Assembly (NCBI GenBank): GCA_964016885.1
Contig: OZ024743.1
Coordinates: 176,762,001 to 176,826,000, forward strand
DNA length: 64,000 bases
Source of the DNA: Eledone cirrhosa
Taxonomy: Eukaryota
Reading direction: 5' to 3'
Both the position numbers and the translations under genes were made by a program. Positions 41,137-53,133 of the stretch are shown here, one piece after another. The notes beneath the pieces were generated by a model. The model saw nothing but the letters and a program-made list of their open reading frames with translations, ran no database searches and was not told the origin of the DNA. Numbering within the stretch: position 1 is the stretch's first letter; each line of letters starts with the position of its first letter.

Positions 41137-42643
41137 AAAAAACGTGAGGTGCTCAGGATTGCTAGGCAATGTGTCAAGGAAAACCGTGATATTGTCGGGG
41201 AGAAGTGTGTCCTTAATGATGATGGTGTACTTGCCATCACTGACGCTGATAAGAAGGTAGCTTGGAAGTGTCACTACGAAAGGCTGCTAAATGAGGAGAA
41301 TAAATGGGAGAAAGATAGTCTCCCCCACATCGATCCAATAGAGGGACCAGCAGTGCAAGTTGAAGGTAGTATAATAAGTAAGGCGATCAAAGATATGAAG
41401 ACAGGCAAAGCAGCTAGGCCTTCGGAAATAATTGCTGAAATGCTGAAAGCATCTGGAACGGTGGGACACACTATGGTCACCTGGATAGTAAACCAAGTCA
41501 TACAGAATGGGGTCGTTCCGAAGGACTCGCATAGCAGCATCATCATTAACTGCTACAAGGGTAAAGGAGATGCCCTAGATAGGGGAAACTATAGAGGCAT
41601 TAAATTAATTGACCAGGTCATGAAGGTCACAGAAAAGTAATAGCGCAACTAATCAGAGAGCGAATTGATCTAGATGAAATGAAGTTCGGGTTTGTGTCAG
41701 GTAAAAGTACGACAACTACAGAAGTACCTAGCTAAAAGTAAACCCCTATACTTAGCTTTTGTTGACTTGGAGAAAGCCTTTGACAGAGTCCCTGCTCCAT
41801 TATCTGGTGGGCTCTTAGAAAACTAGGTGTTGATGAATGGCTTGTGAGAGCTATACAAGCCATGTATAAAGAAACAGTCAGCAAGGTTAGAATTAACAAC
41901 GAATATAGTGAAGAGTTTAGCGTAAAAGTTGGTGTTCATCAGGGCTCCGTCCTTAGCCCCCTACTATTTATTATTGCCCTTCAGGTTATAACAGAGGAGT
42001 TCAAGACCGGCTGCCCATGGGAACTCCTATACGCAGATGATCTAACAGTCATAGCTGAATCAATGGCTGAACTAGAGAAGAAATTCCAAACATGGAAGCA
42101 TGGCCTAGAATCAAAAGGCCTTAAAGTTAACTTGTCTAAGACTAAAGTTCTAGTTTGTAGGAATGAAAATAGGACACTGGTCCCATCTGGGAAATGGCCA
42201 TGCTCAGTGTGTAGGAAAGGAGTAGGCAGAAACTCCATTTTATGTTCCAAATGCAAAGTATGGGTGCATAAAAGATGTAGTGGGATCATAGGTAAGCTAA
42301 CTAAGAATATAGATTTTATATGTGGCCGGAGATCAGGTGCAATAAGATGTAAAGTTATGTTGGTACCACAACATCCAGTCCGAAATAAATGAGGTCATGT
42401 AGGTGTCACGACAAAAAAAACACACAGTCCACGCTGTAATGTGGCCGTGTAGGTAACACGGTAAAAACCTCCCAGTCCACACTGTAAAAGTGGTTGGTGT
42501 TAGGAAGGGCATCCAGACGTAGAAAACCCACCAGACAGTCCTATACGAGCAAGACAACCAATCTTGCCTCAAGTGGGAAAATTCCCGTCCAAACCCATGC
42601 AAGCGTGGAAGATGGACGTTAAACGATGATGATGATGATGATG
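41137..42643 (+). mobile_element. Truncated, internally deleted RTE LINE
   Basis: ORFs 41083-41640 and 41844-42392 match the 49392 ORF; sequence jumps from the PHD-like finger to the 3'UTR at ~42345; (GAT)n tail. Confidence 0.9.
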
Positions 42644-42749
42644 TATGTATATATAAAATAAAATTAGAATTTTATTTCCCACCGTAGCACAGCTGATACA
42701 TAAATGTAAGTATGCACACGCACAAACACTTATATATATATATCGAACA

Positions 42750-42954
42750 TTAACCCTTTAGCATTTACATTACTCTATATAACCTATTATATTTTCATGG
42801 TAAAGGCTTTACCTCACATAATATCGAATCTATGAGATTTTGAAAGTATTTATTTTGAGAACAATACCTTAACATCAGTTTGAGTGACCAATTACAGCCA
42901 GTTTCAACAGAAAAGGGTAGAGAAATCTGGCCAGTTTGAACATTAAAGGGTTAA
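42750..42954. mobile_element. piggyBac-type MITE
   Basis: TTAA-cccttta...taaaggg-TTAA; related in reverse orientation to 60412-60616. Confidence 0.75.
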
Positions 42955-43137
42955 TAATAATTGTTTCTACTTTAGGCACAAGGCCAGCAATTACCCAGTG
43001 CATTACTGGTACTTTATTTTATCGACCCCGTAAGGATGAAAGGCAAAGTCAACCTCGGCGGGATTTGAACTCAAATCGTAAAGGGATGTAACTATGCTGG
43101 AAAGCATGGTGTCCGACCCTCTACCGATACTGCCAAT
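42955..43137 (-). mobile_element. SINE family A
   Basis: Same consensus as the other copies. Confidence 0.85.
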
Positions 43138-43581
43138 GTTTGATTCATTTGTAAACAAACGGTCCAATTTGAAGCTGTTCCGTGCCTGTGACCGATCGTC
43201 ACCTGCTTGTTCAACACTGGCTTTGAGGAACAGTCAGCATGTTTCTGGGTCATTACACTTTATCAGGACTGTATACCTCTGCCAGTCTGTTGTCGTTGAA
43301 AATATATAGTATTTTCTTAAATACAAATCAGCTGAGTAGCTTCATAAGCATACCGAGCGAGTTACGCTGGCTTGGCCAAATATTAAAAATGAAATTAGAA
43401 TTTTATTTCTTTCCCTAGCACAGCTGATACATAAATGTAAGTATGCACATGTACACACACACACACCACACACATATATATAGTTATAATAATAAATGTG
43501 AAGACTAAAATCCAAAGAGGGCTCAATAAGGATAAATATATATCAAATATATATATATATACACATATATATATATATTAG

Positions 43582-43806
43582 AGCATTGCTCCAGTTTACT
43601 CAGCTGCAGAAATGATATGATAGGGTCCCTATCATTCCACTGTAAAGTGGATGTGTAGGCGCCATGGACAAAAAGCACCCTGCACTCACTGTAAATGAGG
43701 TTGGTGTTAGGAAGGGCATCCAGCTGTAGAAATCAAGCCAGAATCAGTTCCCGTCCCACCCTTGCAAGCAGGGAAAAGCGGACGTAAAATGATGATGATG
43801 ATGATA
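43582..43806 (+). mobile_element. 5'-truncated SINE with RTE-derived tail
   Basis: SINE-B core, then cactgtaaagtgga...gttaggaagggcatccagctgtagaaatcaagccag, then (GAT)n. Confidence 0.8.
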
Positions 43807-43912
43807 TATATATATATATGAAGTATTTCCGTAGAAAGGGTAAAGGAATGGAGAGTGCTCTATGTATGCTACAGAGCTATTTAAATATGTAATAAACAAC
43901 ACAATACAATTA

Positions 43913-43984
43913 TCCCATTTACCAAAGGTTTCACGAAGACAGGCGAGCTCAACAGAGACGTCTGAAATCGTTCATCAGAAGGAA
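43913..43984 (-). ncRNA. Type-I hammerhead ribozyme inside inverted repeat 43920-44081
   Basis: Minus strand: ttcctt-CTGATGA-acga..agac...gtct-tcgt-GAAA-cc(ttt)gg-TA-aatggga. Confidence 0.65.
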
Positions 43985-44406
43985 ACATTTTATAATTTGA
44001 AATATATATTAAATGTTTCCTTCTGACAAACGATTTCAGACGTCTCTGTTGAGCTCGCCTGTCTTCATGAAACCTTTGGTATATGTATATATGGTATATA
44101 TGGTATATACATATATATATATCCGAAATATATAGGGACAATTAAATCTCTCCCAAGGTAACTCTTTCTCGTGTTGTTATTTTTATTTTTATCCTTTACG
44201 CTCATTCCTTCATTCCTCTACACATTACAATCTTATACACGCCACGCATCTCAACGTACACCCACTTACATCTCTCTCTCGACCACCGGATCTTGTTACC
44301 CGGAGATTTACCCATCTGCATTGTCGAGGCTTCCAAACAACTTAAAGAAATTTACCTTATTATTCCACAATGCTTCAAGCAAATTTCAATACTCTCATAT
44401 ATATAT

Positions 44407-47400
44407 AGCGTTAAATTTTCCCTGCTGTATTAGCGATAAATTTTCGAGGGTTTCTCTTAGTAGCTTTTTCATGTCGTTAATATTATGATGTTCCCTGCTG
44501 TATTAGCGTTAAATTTTCCCTGCTGTATTAGCGATAAATTTTCGAGGGTTTCTCTTAGTAGCTTTTTCATGTCGTTAATATTATGATGTTCCCTGCTGTA
44601 TTAGCGTTAAATTTTCCCTGCTGTATTAGCGATAAATTTTCGAGGGTTTCTCTTAGTAGCTTTTTTTCATGACGTTATTATTGTTAATTTTACTGATGTA
44701 GTATTAACTTATTAACTTGGATATTTACCATGCGGTATTCTAATCCTATTGTATCTCTCTCAGTTATTTACCATGCGACCCTCAGTTCCCCCCCCCTCTA
44801 TGCACTTCTTTAAGGCTTACTACCCTGTCTTTAACCTAATTCATTTTCAATCTGAAAATATTGAAGAGATAAGACACTTTGCCATTCTTCTCTGCTAAAA
44901 TGTACCACTAGAGCTGATTCAAATTTTCCCAGCCAGCCATCCACCTAATCTACGAAGGTATTTTAGCCTACATATTGTCGTTAATATTATGATGTTCCCT
45001 GCTGTATTAGCGTTAAATTTTCCCTGCTGTATTAGCGATAAATTTTCGAGGGTTTCTCTTAGTAGCTTTTTCATGTCGTTAATATTATGATGTTCCCTGC
45101 TGTATTAGCGTTAAATTTTCCCTGCTGTATTAGCGATAAATTTTCGAGGGTTTCTCTTAGTAGCTTTTTCATGTCGTTAATATTATGATGTTCCCTGCTG
45201 TATTAGCGTTAAATTTTCCCTGCTGTATTAGCGATAAATTTTCGAGGGTTTCTCTTAGTAGCTTTTTTTCATGACGTTATTATTGTTAATTTTACTGATG
45301 TAGTATTAACTTATTAACTTGGATATTTACCATGCGGTATTCTAATCCTATTGTATCTCTCTCAGTTATTTACCATGCGACCCTCAGTTCCTCCCCCCCC
45401 CCTCTATGCACTTCTTTAAGGCTTACTACCCTGTCTTTAACCTAATTCATTCAATCTGAAAATATTGAAGAGATAAGACACTTTGCCATTCTTCTCTGCT
45501 AAAATGTACCACTAGAGCTGATTCAAATTTTCCCAGCCAGCCATCCACCTAATCTACGAAGGTATTTTAGCCTACATATTGTCGTTAATATTATGATGTT
45601 CCCTGCTGTATTAACGTTAAATTTTCCCTGCTGTATTAGCGATAAATTTTCGAGGGTTTCTCTTAGTAGCTTTTTCATGTCGTTAATATTATGATGTTCC
45701 CTGCTGTATTAGCGTTAAATTTTCCCTGCTGTATTAGCGATAAATTTTCGAGGGTTTCTCTTAGTAGCTTTTTCATGTCGTTAATATTATGATGTTCCCT
45801 GCTGTATTAGCGTTAAATTTTCCCTGCTGTATTAGCGATAAATTTTCGAGGGTTTCTCTTAGTAGCTTTTTCATGTCGTTAATATTATGATGTTCCCTGC
45901 TGTATTAGCGTTAAATTTTCCCTGCTGTATTAGCGATAAATTTTCGAGGGTTTCTCTTATTAGCTTTTTCATGTCGTTAATATTATGATGTTCCCTGCTG
46001 TATTAGCGTTAAATTTTCCCTGCTGTATTAGCGATAAATTTTCGAGGGTTTCTCTTAGTAGCTTTTTCATGTCGTTAATATTATGATGTTCCCTGCTGTA
46101 TTAGCGTTAAATTTTCCCTGCTGTATTAGCGATAAATTTTCGAGGGTTTCTCTTAGTAGCTTTTTCATGTCGTTAATATTATGATGTTCCCTGCTGTATT
46201 AGCGTTAAATTTTCCCTGCTGTATTAGCGATAAATTTTCGAGGGTTTCTCTTAGTAGCTTTTTTTCATGACGTTATTATTGTTAATTTTACTGATGTAGT
46301 ATTAACTTATTAACTTGGATATTTACCATGCGGTATTCTAATCCTATTGTATCTCTCTCAGTTATTTACCATGCGACCCTCAGTTCCTCCCCCCCCCCTC
46401 TATGCACTTCTTTAAGGCTTACTACCCTGTCTTTAACCTAATTGATTCAATCTGAAAATATTGAAGAGATAAGACACTTTGCCATTCTTCTCAGCTAAAA
46501 TGTACCACTAGAGCTGATTCAAATTTTCCCACCCAGCCATCCACCTAATCTACGAAGGTATTTTAGCCTACATATTGTCGTTAATATTATGATGTTCCCT
46601 GCTGTATTAGCGTTAAATTTTCCCTGCTGTATTAGCGATAAATTTTCGAGGGTTTCTCTTAGTAGCTTTCTCATGTCGTTAATATTATGATGTTCCCTGC
46701 TGTATTAGCGTTAAATTTTCCCTGCTGTATTAGCGATAAATTTTCGAGGGTTTCTCTTAGTAGCTTTTTCATGTCGTTAATATTATGATGTTCCCTGCTG
46801 TATTAGCGTTAAATTTTCCCTGCTGTATTAGCGATAAATTTTCGAGGGTTTCTCTTAGTAGCTTTTTCATGTCGTTAATATTATGATGTTCCCTGCTGTA
46901 TTAGCGTTAAATTTTCCCTGCTGTATTAGCGATAAATTTTCGAGGGTTTCTCTTAGTAGCTTTTTTTCATGACGTTATTATTGTTAATTTTACTGATGTA
47001 GTATTAACTTATTAACTTGGATATTTACCATGCGGTATTCTAATCCTATTGTATCTCTCTCAGTTATTTACCATGCGACCCTCAGTTCCTCCCCCCCCCC
47101 CTCTATGCACTTCTTTAAGGCTTACTACCCTGTCTTTAACCTAATTCATTCAATCTGAAAATATTGAAGAGATAAGACACTTTGCCATTCTTCTCTGCTA
47201 AAATGTACCACTAGAGCTGATTCAAATTTTCCCAGCCAGCCATCCACCTAATCTACGAAGGTATTTTAGCCTACATATTGTCGTTAATATTATGATGTTC
47301 CCTGCTGTATTAGCGTTAAATTTTCCCTGCTGTATTAGCGATAAATTTTCGAGGGTTTCTCTTAGTAGCTTTTTCATGTCGTTAATATTATGATGTTCCC

Positions 47401-49144
47401 TGCTGTATTAGCGTTAAATTTTCCCTGCTGTATTAGCGATAAATTTTCGAGGGTTTCTCTTAGTAGCTTTTTCATGTCGTTAATATTATGATGTTCCCTG
47501 CTGTATTAGCGTTAAATTTTCCCTGCTGTATTAGCGATAAATTTTCGAGGGTTTCTCTTAGTAGCTTTTTTTCATGACGTTATTATTGTTAATTTTACTG
47601 ATGTAGTATTAACTTATTAACTTGGATATTTACCATGCGGTATTCTAATCCTATTGTATCTCTCTCAGTTATTTACCATGCGACCCTCAGTTCCTCCCCC
47701 CCCCCTCTATGCACTTCTTTAAGGCTTACTACCCTGTCTTTAACCTAATTCATTCAATCTGAAAATATTGAAGAGATAAGACACTTTGCCATTCTTCTCT
47801 GCTAAAATGTACCACTAGAGCTGATTCAAATTTTCCCAGCCAGCCATCCACCTAATCTACGAAGGTATTTTAGCCTACATATTGTCGTTAATATTATGAT
47901 GTTCCCTGCTGTATTAGCGTTAAATTTTCCCTGCTGTATTAGCGATAAATTTTCGAGGGTTTCTCTTAGTAGCTTTTTCATGTCGTTAATATTATGATGT
48001 TCCCTGCTGTATTAGCGTTAAATTTTCCCTGCTGTATTAGCGATAAATTTTCGAGGGTTTCTCTTAGTAGCTTTTTCATGTCGTTAATATTATGATGTTC
48101 CCTGCTGTATTAGCGTTAAATTTTCCCTGCTGTATTAGCGATAAATTTTCGAGGGTTTCTCTTAGTAGCTTTTTTTCATGACGTTATTATTGTTAATTTT
48201 ACTGATGTAGTATTAACTTATTAACTTGGATATTTACCATGCGGTATTCTAATCCTATTGTATCTCTCTCAGTTATTTACCATGCGACCCTCAGTTCCTC
48301 CCCCCCCCCTCTATGCACTTCTTTAAGGCTTACTACCCTGTCTTTAACCTAATTCATTCAATCTGAAAATATTGAAGAGATAAGACACTTTGCCATTCTT
48401 CTCTGCTAAAATGTACCACTAGAGCTGATTCAAATTTTCCCAGCCAGCCATCCACCTAATCTACGAAGGTATTTTAGCCTACATATTGTCGTTAATATTA
48501 TGATGTTCCCTGCTGTATTAGCGTTAAATTTTCCCTGCTGTATTAGCGATAAATTTTCGAGGGTTTCTCTTAGTAGCTTTTTCATGTCGTTAATATTATG
48601 ATGTTCCCTGCTGTATTAGCGTTAAATTTTCCCTGCTGTATTAGCGATAAATTTTCGAGGGTTTCTCTTAGTAGCTTTTTCATGTCGTTAATATTATGAT
48701 GTTCCCTGCTGTATTAGCGTTAAATTTTCCCTGCTGTATTAGCGATAAATTTTCGAGGGTTTCTCTTAGTAGCTTTTTCATGTCGTTAATATTATGATGT
48801 TCCCTGCTGTATTAGCGTTAAATTTTCCCTGCTGTATTAGCGATAAATTTTCGAGGGTTTCTCTTAGTAGCTTTTTCATGTCGTTAATATTATGATGTTC
48901 CCTGCTGTATTAGCGTTAAATTTTCCCTGCTGTATTAGCGATAAATTTTCGAGGGTTTCTCTTAGTAGCTTTTTCATGTCGTTAATATTATGATGTTCCC
49001 TGCTGTATTAGCGTTAAATTTTCCCTGCTGTATTAGCGATAAATTTTCGAGGGTTTCTCTTAGTAGCTTTTTTCATGACGTTATTATTGTTAATTTTACT
49101 GATGTAGTATTAACTTGGATATTTACCATGCGACCCTCAGTTCC
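44407..49144. repeat. Higher-order tandem array: runs of a 98-bp monomer (~2.7, 3, 7, 4, 3, 3, 6 copies) separated by six ~307-bp blocks
   Basis: Monomer starts at 44473, 44571 and onward; blocks start at ~44671, 45273, 46269, 46971, 47576 and 48180, with a shortened block at 49077. Confidence 0.95.
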
Positions 49145-52100
49145 TACCTCACAATTTCCCTCCCCCCCACCCCCACACACCACCATAGTCTATTCGACCA
49201 ATCAAACCTAGCATGCCATTTCCACTGCTGCTGCTGCTACTACCTGCCTAACTAACTCTCTCCTCCTCTGGCGCATCCCAACACACCCTGCCATTACCCC
49301 ACCACCACTGTCCTTCTAGCCCTCAATTTTCCCACCGTTAGGGATGGATGAGCTGGGAATACACGAGCAACTCTGAATCAATAGATGAAATATGAATCTG
49401 CGAGCTACCAAGCACCCACGTGAAGCGCCAACCCAGAGACCCTCCCCTACGAGTGTCGACAAATGCCCAAAACTCCGAGTTGGTACCATCAATGTAGGCT
49501 CAATGAAAGGAAGAGCAGGAGAAATCGTAGAAATGCTAGAGCGAAAGGAAGTTGATGTATGCTGTGTGCAAGAGACTAGATGGAGAGGAGGGTCTGCTAG
49601 AGTCCTTGTAGGAAAAAGCCAGTGCTACAAATTTTTCTGGGTGGGAAATGACGATGGGATGGGTGGTGTAGGTATACTATTAGCTGACAAGTGGGTAGAT
49701 AAAGTAATCTCAGTGTACAGGGTAAATGCAAGAATCATTAAACTCAGACTAGTCCTGAATAAGACAATTACCACAATAATATCAGCTTACGCACCCCAAT
49801 CGGGGCTGCCAGACGAACTTAAGGATAGGTTTTACGAGTCCCTAATACACACTACTGCTCTAACAGACGACAAGGACTTCCTAATCATTGCAGGAGATTT
49901 TAACGGACACGTAGGTAAACACTGCGACGGCTTCAATAGAGTACATGGAGGCCATGGAGTTGGCACAAGGAATGAGGAAGGATTCAGACTTCTAGAATTC
50001 TGCGACGCCAATGACATGTCGATATGTAACACAAACTTTAAAAAACCCGACAACCACCTGATCACCTATAGATCAGGGGAGCACTCTAGTCAGTTAGATT
50101 TTATCCTCATCAGAGGACGTGACAGATGGACGGTCGTAAACACAAAAGCCTTCCCTAGTGAGGAATGTACATCCCAACATAGCTTAGTTGTCAGCGACCT
50201 CACGGTCAGAACTAGACGAGCCCTGAAACAGAGGCCAACCTGGAGAAGAAAGATCTGGAAGCTGAAAGTCCCCTCAACCAGTAACAGATTTAAAGATATT
50301 TTACTCAACGCCTACGACAGTAAAGAAGAACAGATAGAGACATTTAACGTAGAAGAGAACTGGGAGTTCCTAAAAAATAACTTACTAGAGGCGACGGATG
50401 AGGTTTGTGGCTGGAGTAAGACCTCAAGCAGGAGGAGAGTGACTTGGTGGTGGAACAATAAGGTAGATGAAGCAGTCAAGGCCAAGAGACAGGCATGGAA
50501 AGAATGGAAGAACGGGGGGAGCAGGGTACATTACATAGAGACCAAGAGGGAAGCTAGGCGACAAGTATACTTAGCTAGGAGGGAAGCAGAGGATAGAAAA
50601 TTCAAGCATGTTTTACAACGTGAGGACCAGAAACAGGAGGTATTCAAGATTGCGAGGCAGTGTGTCAGAGATAGTTGTGATGTCATTGGAGAGAAGTGTA
50701 TCCGGAATGATAAAGGTGAGCTTGCCCTCACAAGTGCTGAGAAGAAAGATGCATGGAAGAGTCATTATGATAGATTACTAAATGAGGAGAATGCATGGGA
50801 AGAAGAGACCCTACCCCACGTAGACCCTATAGAGGGACCAGCAGTACAAGTCAGCGGCAGCGTAGTAAGTAAGGCAATCAGAGATATGAAGATAGGGAAG
50901 GCAACCGGTCCATCGGGTATAGCTGCCGAGATGCTGAAGGCATCTGGGTCTGTAGGTCACACTATAACCACACGTATCGTTAACCAGGTAATACTAGAGG
51001 GGGCCATACCAAAAGATTGGTGCAGTAGCATCATTGTCAACTGCTACAAAGGTAAAGGCGATGCACTAGATAGAGGAAACTATAGAGGTATAAAGTTGAT
51101 GGACCAGGTCATGAAAGTAACAGAAAGAGTTATAGCACAGCTGATTAGGGACCGGGTGAATATAGACGAGATGCAATTTGGGTTTGTCCCAGGGAAAGGC
51201 ACCACTGATGCGCTCTTCCTTGTGAGGCAATTACAGGAAAAGTACCTAGCTAAAAGTAAGCCACTCTACTTGGCATTTGTCGACCTTGAGAAAGCCTTTG
51301 ACAGAGTTCCACGTGCAGTAATCTGGTGGGCTCTTAGAAAACTAGGAGTAGATGAATGGCTTGTGAAAGCGGTACAAGCCATGTATAGGGGAGCAGTCAG
51401 CAAAGTTAGGATTGGCAATGAGTATAGCGAGGAATTTAGCGTACAGGTTGGGGTCCACCAGGGCTCTGTTCTTAGCCCTCTCCTGTTCATCATAGTCCTG
51501 CAGGCAATAACGGAGGAGTTTAAGACCGGATGCCCATGGGAACTCCTGTATGCTGATGACCTCGCACTCATAGCTGAATCTATGGTAGAACTAGAGAATA
51601 AATTCCAAACCTGGAAGCAGGGACTAGAGAGAAAGGGCCTCAAAGTCAACATGACAAAGACTAAGGTCCTTATAAGTAGACGAGAAAACAGAACCCAGAT
51701 CCCCTCAGGGAAATGGCCTTGCTCAGTATGTAGGAAAGGTGTAGGTAGGAACTCCATTCTTTGCCCCAAATGCAAACAATGGGTACACAAGAGATGTAGC
51801 GGGATCTCAGGAAGCTTAATTAAGAATGTAGGATTCACATGCAGCAGCTGTGCTGAAACAGCAAGCAAACAGCCACAGGAAACAAGCACCACCAATCTCT
51901 GGGAGGGCCCTGTAGAAACAGTAGACAGCTTCTGCTACCTAGGTGACCGAATTAGCAACGGAGGTGGGTGCTCAGAAAGTACAATAACTAGGGTAAGAAC
52001 GGGATGGAAGAAGTTTAGGGAACTACTACCACTGCTAGCTGCAAAAGGCTTCTCCCTCAGAATGAAAGGCAGACAGTATGATGCGTGTATCCGAACAGCG

Positions 52101-52809
52101 ATGTTGCATGGTAGTGAGACCTGGGCGCTGAAGGTGGAAGACTTACGTAGATTAGAGAGAAACGAAGCCTGCATGCTCCGATGGATGTGTAACAGTAATA
52201 TACGTGAACGACAAAGCATAAATGAATTGAGAGAGAGACTGAGCATAAGAGGAATCAAATGCTGCGTGCAGGAGAGGCGGTTACGCTGGTATGGACATGT
52301 GATGCGTATGAAGGATGACAGCTGCATAAAAAGGTGCAGAGCACTAGAAGTTGATGGAAACCGCGGAGTGGGGAGACCCAAGATGACTTGGGATGAGGTG
52401 ATAAAAGCCGACCTTACCCAACTACACCTCTCAAAGTCAATGACACACGACCGTGACTTCTGGCGTCACGCAGTAATACAGGGTACCCGACCTCCCATGG
52501 GTACATGCTGAAGCATATAAACGATATGCCCCCCCCCCACCGCAAGGTGGTCATGGAGGTGCCACGGCAAAAAAGCACCCAGCCCACACTGTAAAGTGGA
52601 CGTGTAGGCGCCACGAAAAAGCACCCAGCACTCACTGTAAATGAGGTTGGTGTTAGGAAGGGCATCCAGCTGTAGAAATCAAGCCAGATCAGTTCCTGTA
52701 TGAGCAAGGCATGGTCAGCCGACCAGACACTGCCCACAACAGGACAACCCGTCTAACCCATGCTAGCGTGGAAGAACGGACGTAAAACGGTGATGATGAT
52801 GATGATGAT
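49145..52809 (+). mobile_element. Full-length RTE LINE (leader, ORF, 3'UTR, (GAT)n tail)
   Basis: ORF above; 3'UTR shared with the other copies and with SINE tails; ends ggtgatgatgatgatgatga. The 5' boundary is uncertain. Confidence 0.9.
49392..52511 (+). CDS. Intact RTE-clade LINE polyprotein: APE endonuclease + reverse transcriptase with a PHD-type C4HC3 finger
   Basis: 1039-aa open frame; GTINV, CVQETRW, SAYAPQ, AGDFNGHVG, LDFILI (APE); QFGF, DLEKAFDRV, GVHQGSVLSPLLF, LYADDL (RT); RRLRWYGHVMRM C-terminus. Confidence 0.95.
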   Translation: MNLRATKHPREAPTQRPSPTSVDKCPKLRVGTINVGSMKGRAGEIVEMLERKEVDVCCVQETRWRGGSARVLVGKSQCYKFFWVGNDDGMGGVGILLADKWVDKVISVYRVNARIIKLRLVLNKTITTIISAYAPQSGLPDELKDRFYESLIHTTALTDDKDFLIIAGDFNGHVGKHCDGFNRVHGGHGVGTRNEEGFRLLEFCDANDMSICNTNFKKPDNHLITYRSGEHSSQLDFILIRGRDRWTVVNTKAFPSEECTSQHSLVVSDLTVRTRRALKQRPTWRRKIWKLKVPSTSNRFKDILLNAYDSKEEQIETFNVEENWEFLKNNLLEATDEVCGWSKTSSRRRVTWWWNNKVDEAVKAKRQAWKEWKNGGSRVHYIETKREARRQVYLARREAEDRKFKHVLQREDQKQEVFKIARQCVRDSCDVIGEKCIRNDKGELALTSAEKKDAWKSHYDRLLNEENAWEEETLPHVDPIEGPAVQVSGSVVSKAIRDMKIGKATGPSGIAAEMLKASGSVGHTITTRIVNQVILEGAIPKDWCSSIIVNCYKGKGDALDRGNYRGIKLMDQVMKVTERVIAQLIRDRVNIDEMQFGFVPGKGTTDALFLVRQLQEKYLAKSKPLYLAFVDLEKAFDRVPRAVIWWALRKLGVDEWLVKAVQAMYRGAVSKVRIGNEYSEEFSVQVGVHQGSVLSPLLFIIVLQAITEEFKTGCPWELLYADDLALIAESMVELENKFQTWKQGLERKGLKVNMTKTKVLISRRENRTQIPSGKWPCSVCRKGVGRNSILCPKCKQWVHKRCSGISGSLIKNVGFTCSSCAETASKQPQETSTTNLWEGPVETVDSFCYLGDRISNGGGCSESTITRVRTGWKKFRELLPLLAAKGFSLRMKGRQYDACIRTAMLHGSETWALKVEDLRRLERNEACMLRWMCNSNIRERQSINELRERLSIRGIKCCVQERRLRWYGHVMRMKDDSCIKRCRALEVDGNRGVGRPKMTWDEVIKADLTQLHLSKSMTHDRDFWRHAVIQGTRPPMGTC

Positions 52810-52874
52810 ATATATGTATATATATGTGTGTACATGTGCATACTTACATTTATGTATGTATATATGTATATATG

Positions 52875-52911
<37 letters not shown>

Positions 52912-53133
52912 TCAAATATAATCTGATCCGAATATAAACAAACACCCCTTATTTTATGTCAGAGAAATGGGCAAAAATCCAACCACGTATATAAGCCAAG
53001 GCATCTAATCAATATATAGTATTTAGATGGTACAGTTTTTAAATTCCATGAGTGGGGAATATATTTATGAAGTTTTAATATTTTGATATTTCAAATATTT
53101 TAAATGTCAGTTAGAGTATAGTTTTTGTTTCAG

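Noticed and set aside
44407-49144. CRISPR-like appearance of the repeat array
   Set aside because: No unique spacers and no cas genes; eukaryotic context; it is a tandem satellite.
49832-52737. Minus-strand ORFs overlapping the RTE (also 38717, 61397, 61823, 63363)
   Set aside because: Antisense shadows of LINE coding frames.
44080-52830. Target-site duplication of the intact RTE
   Set aside because: Only low-complexity TA-rich matches; the 5' boundary cannot be fixed.
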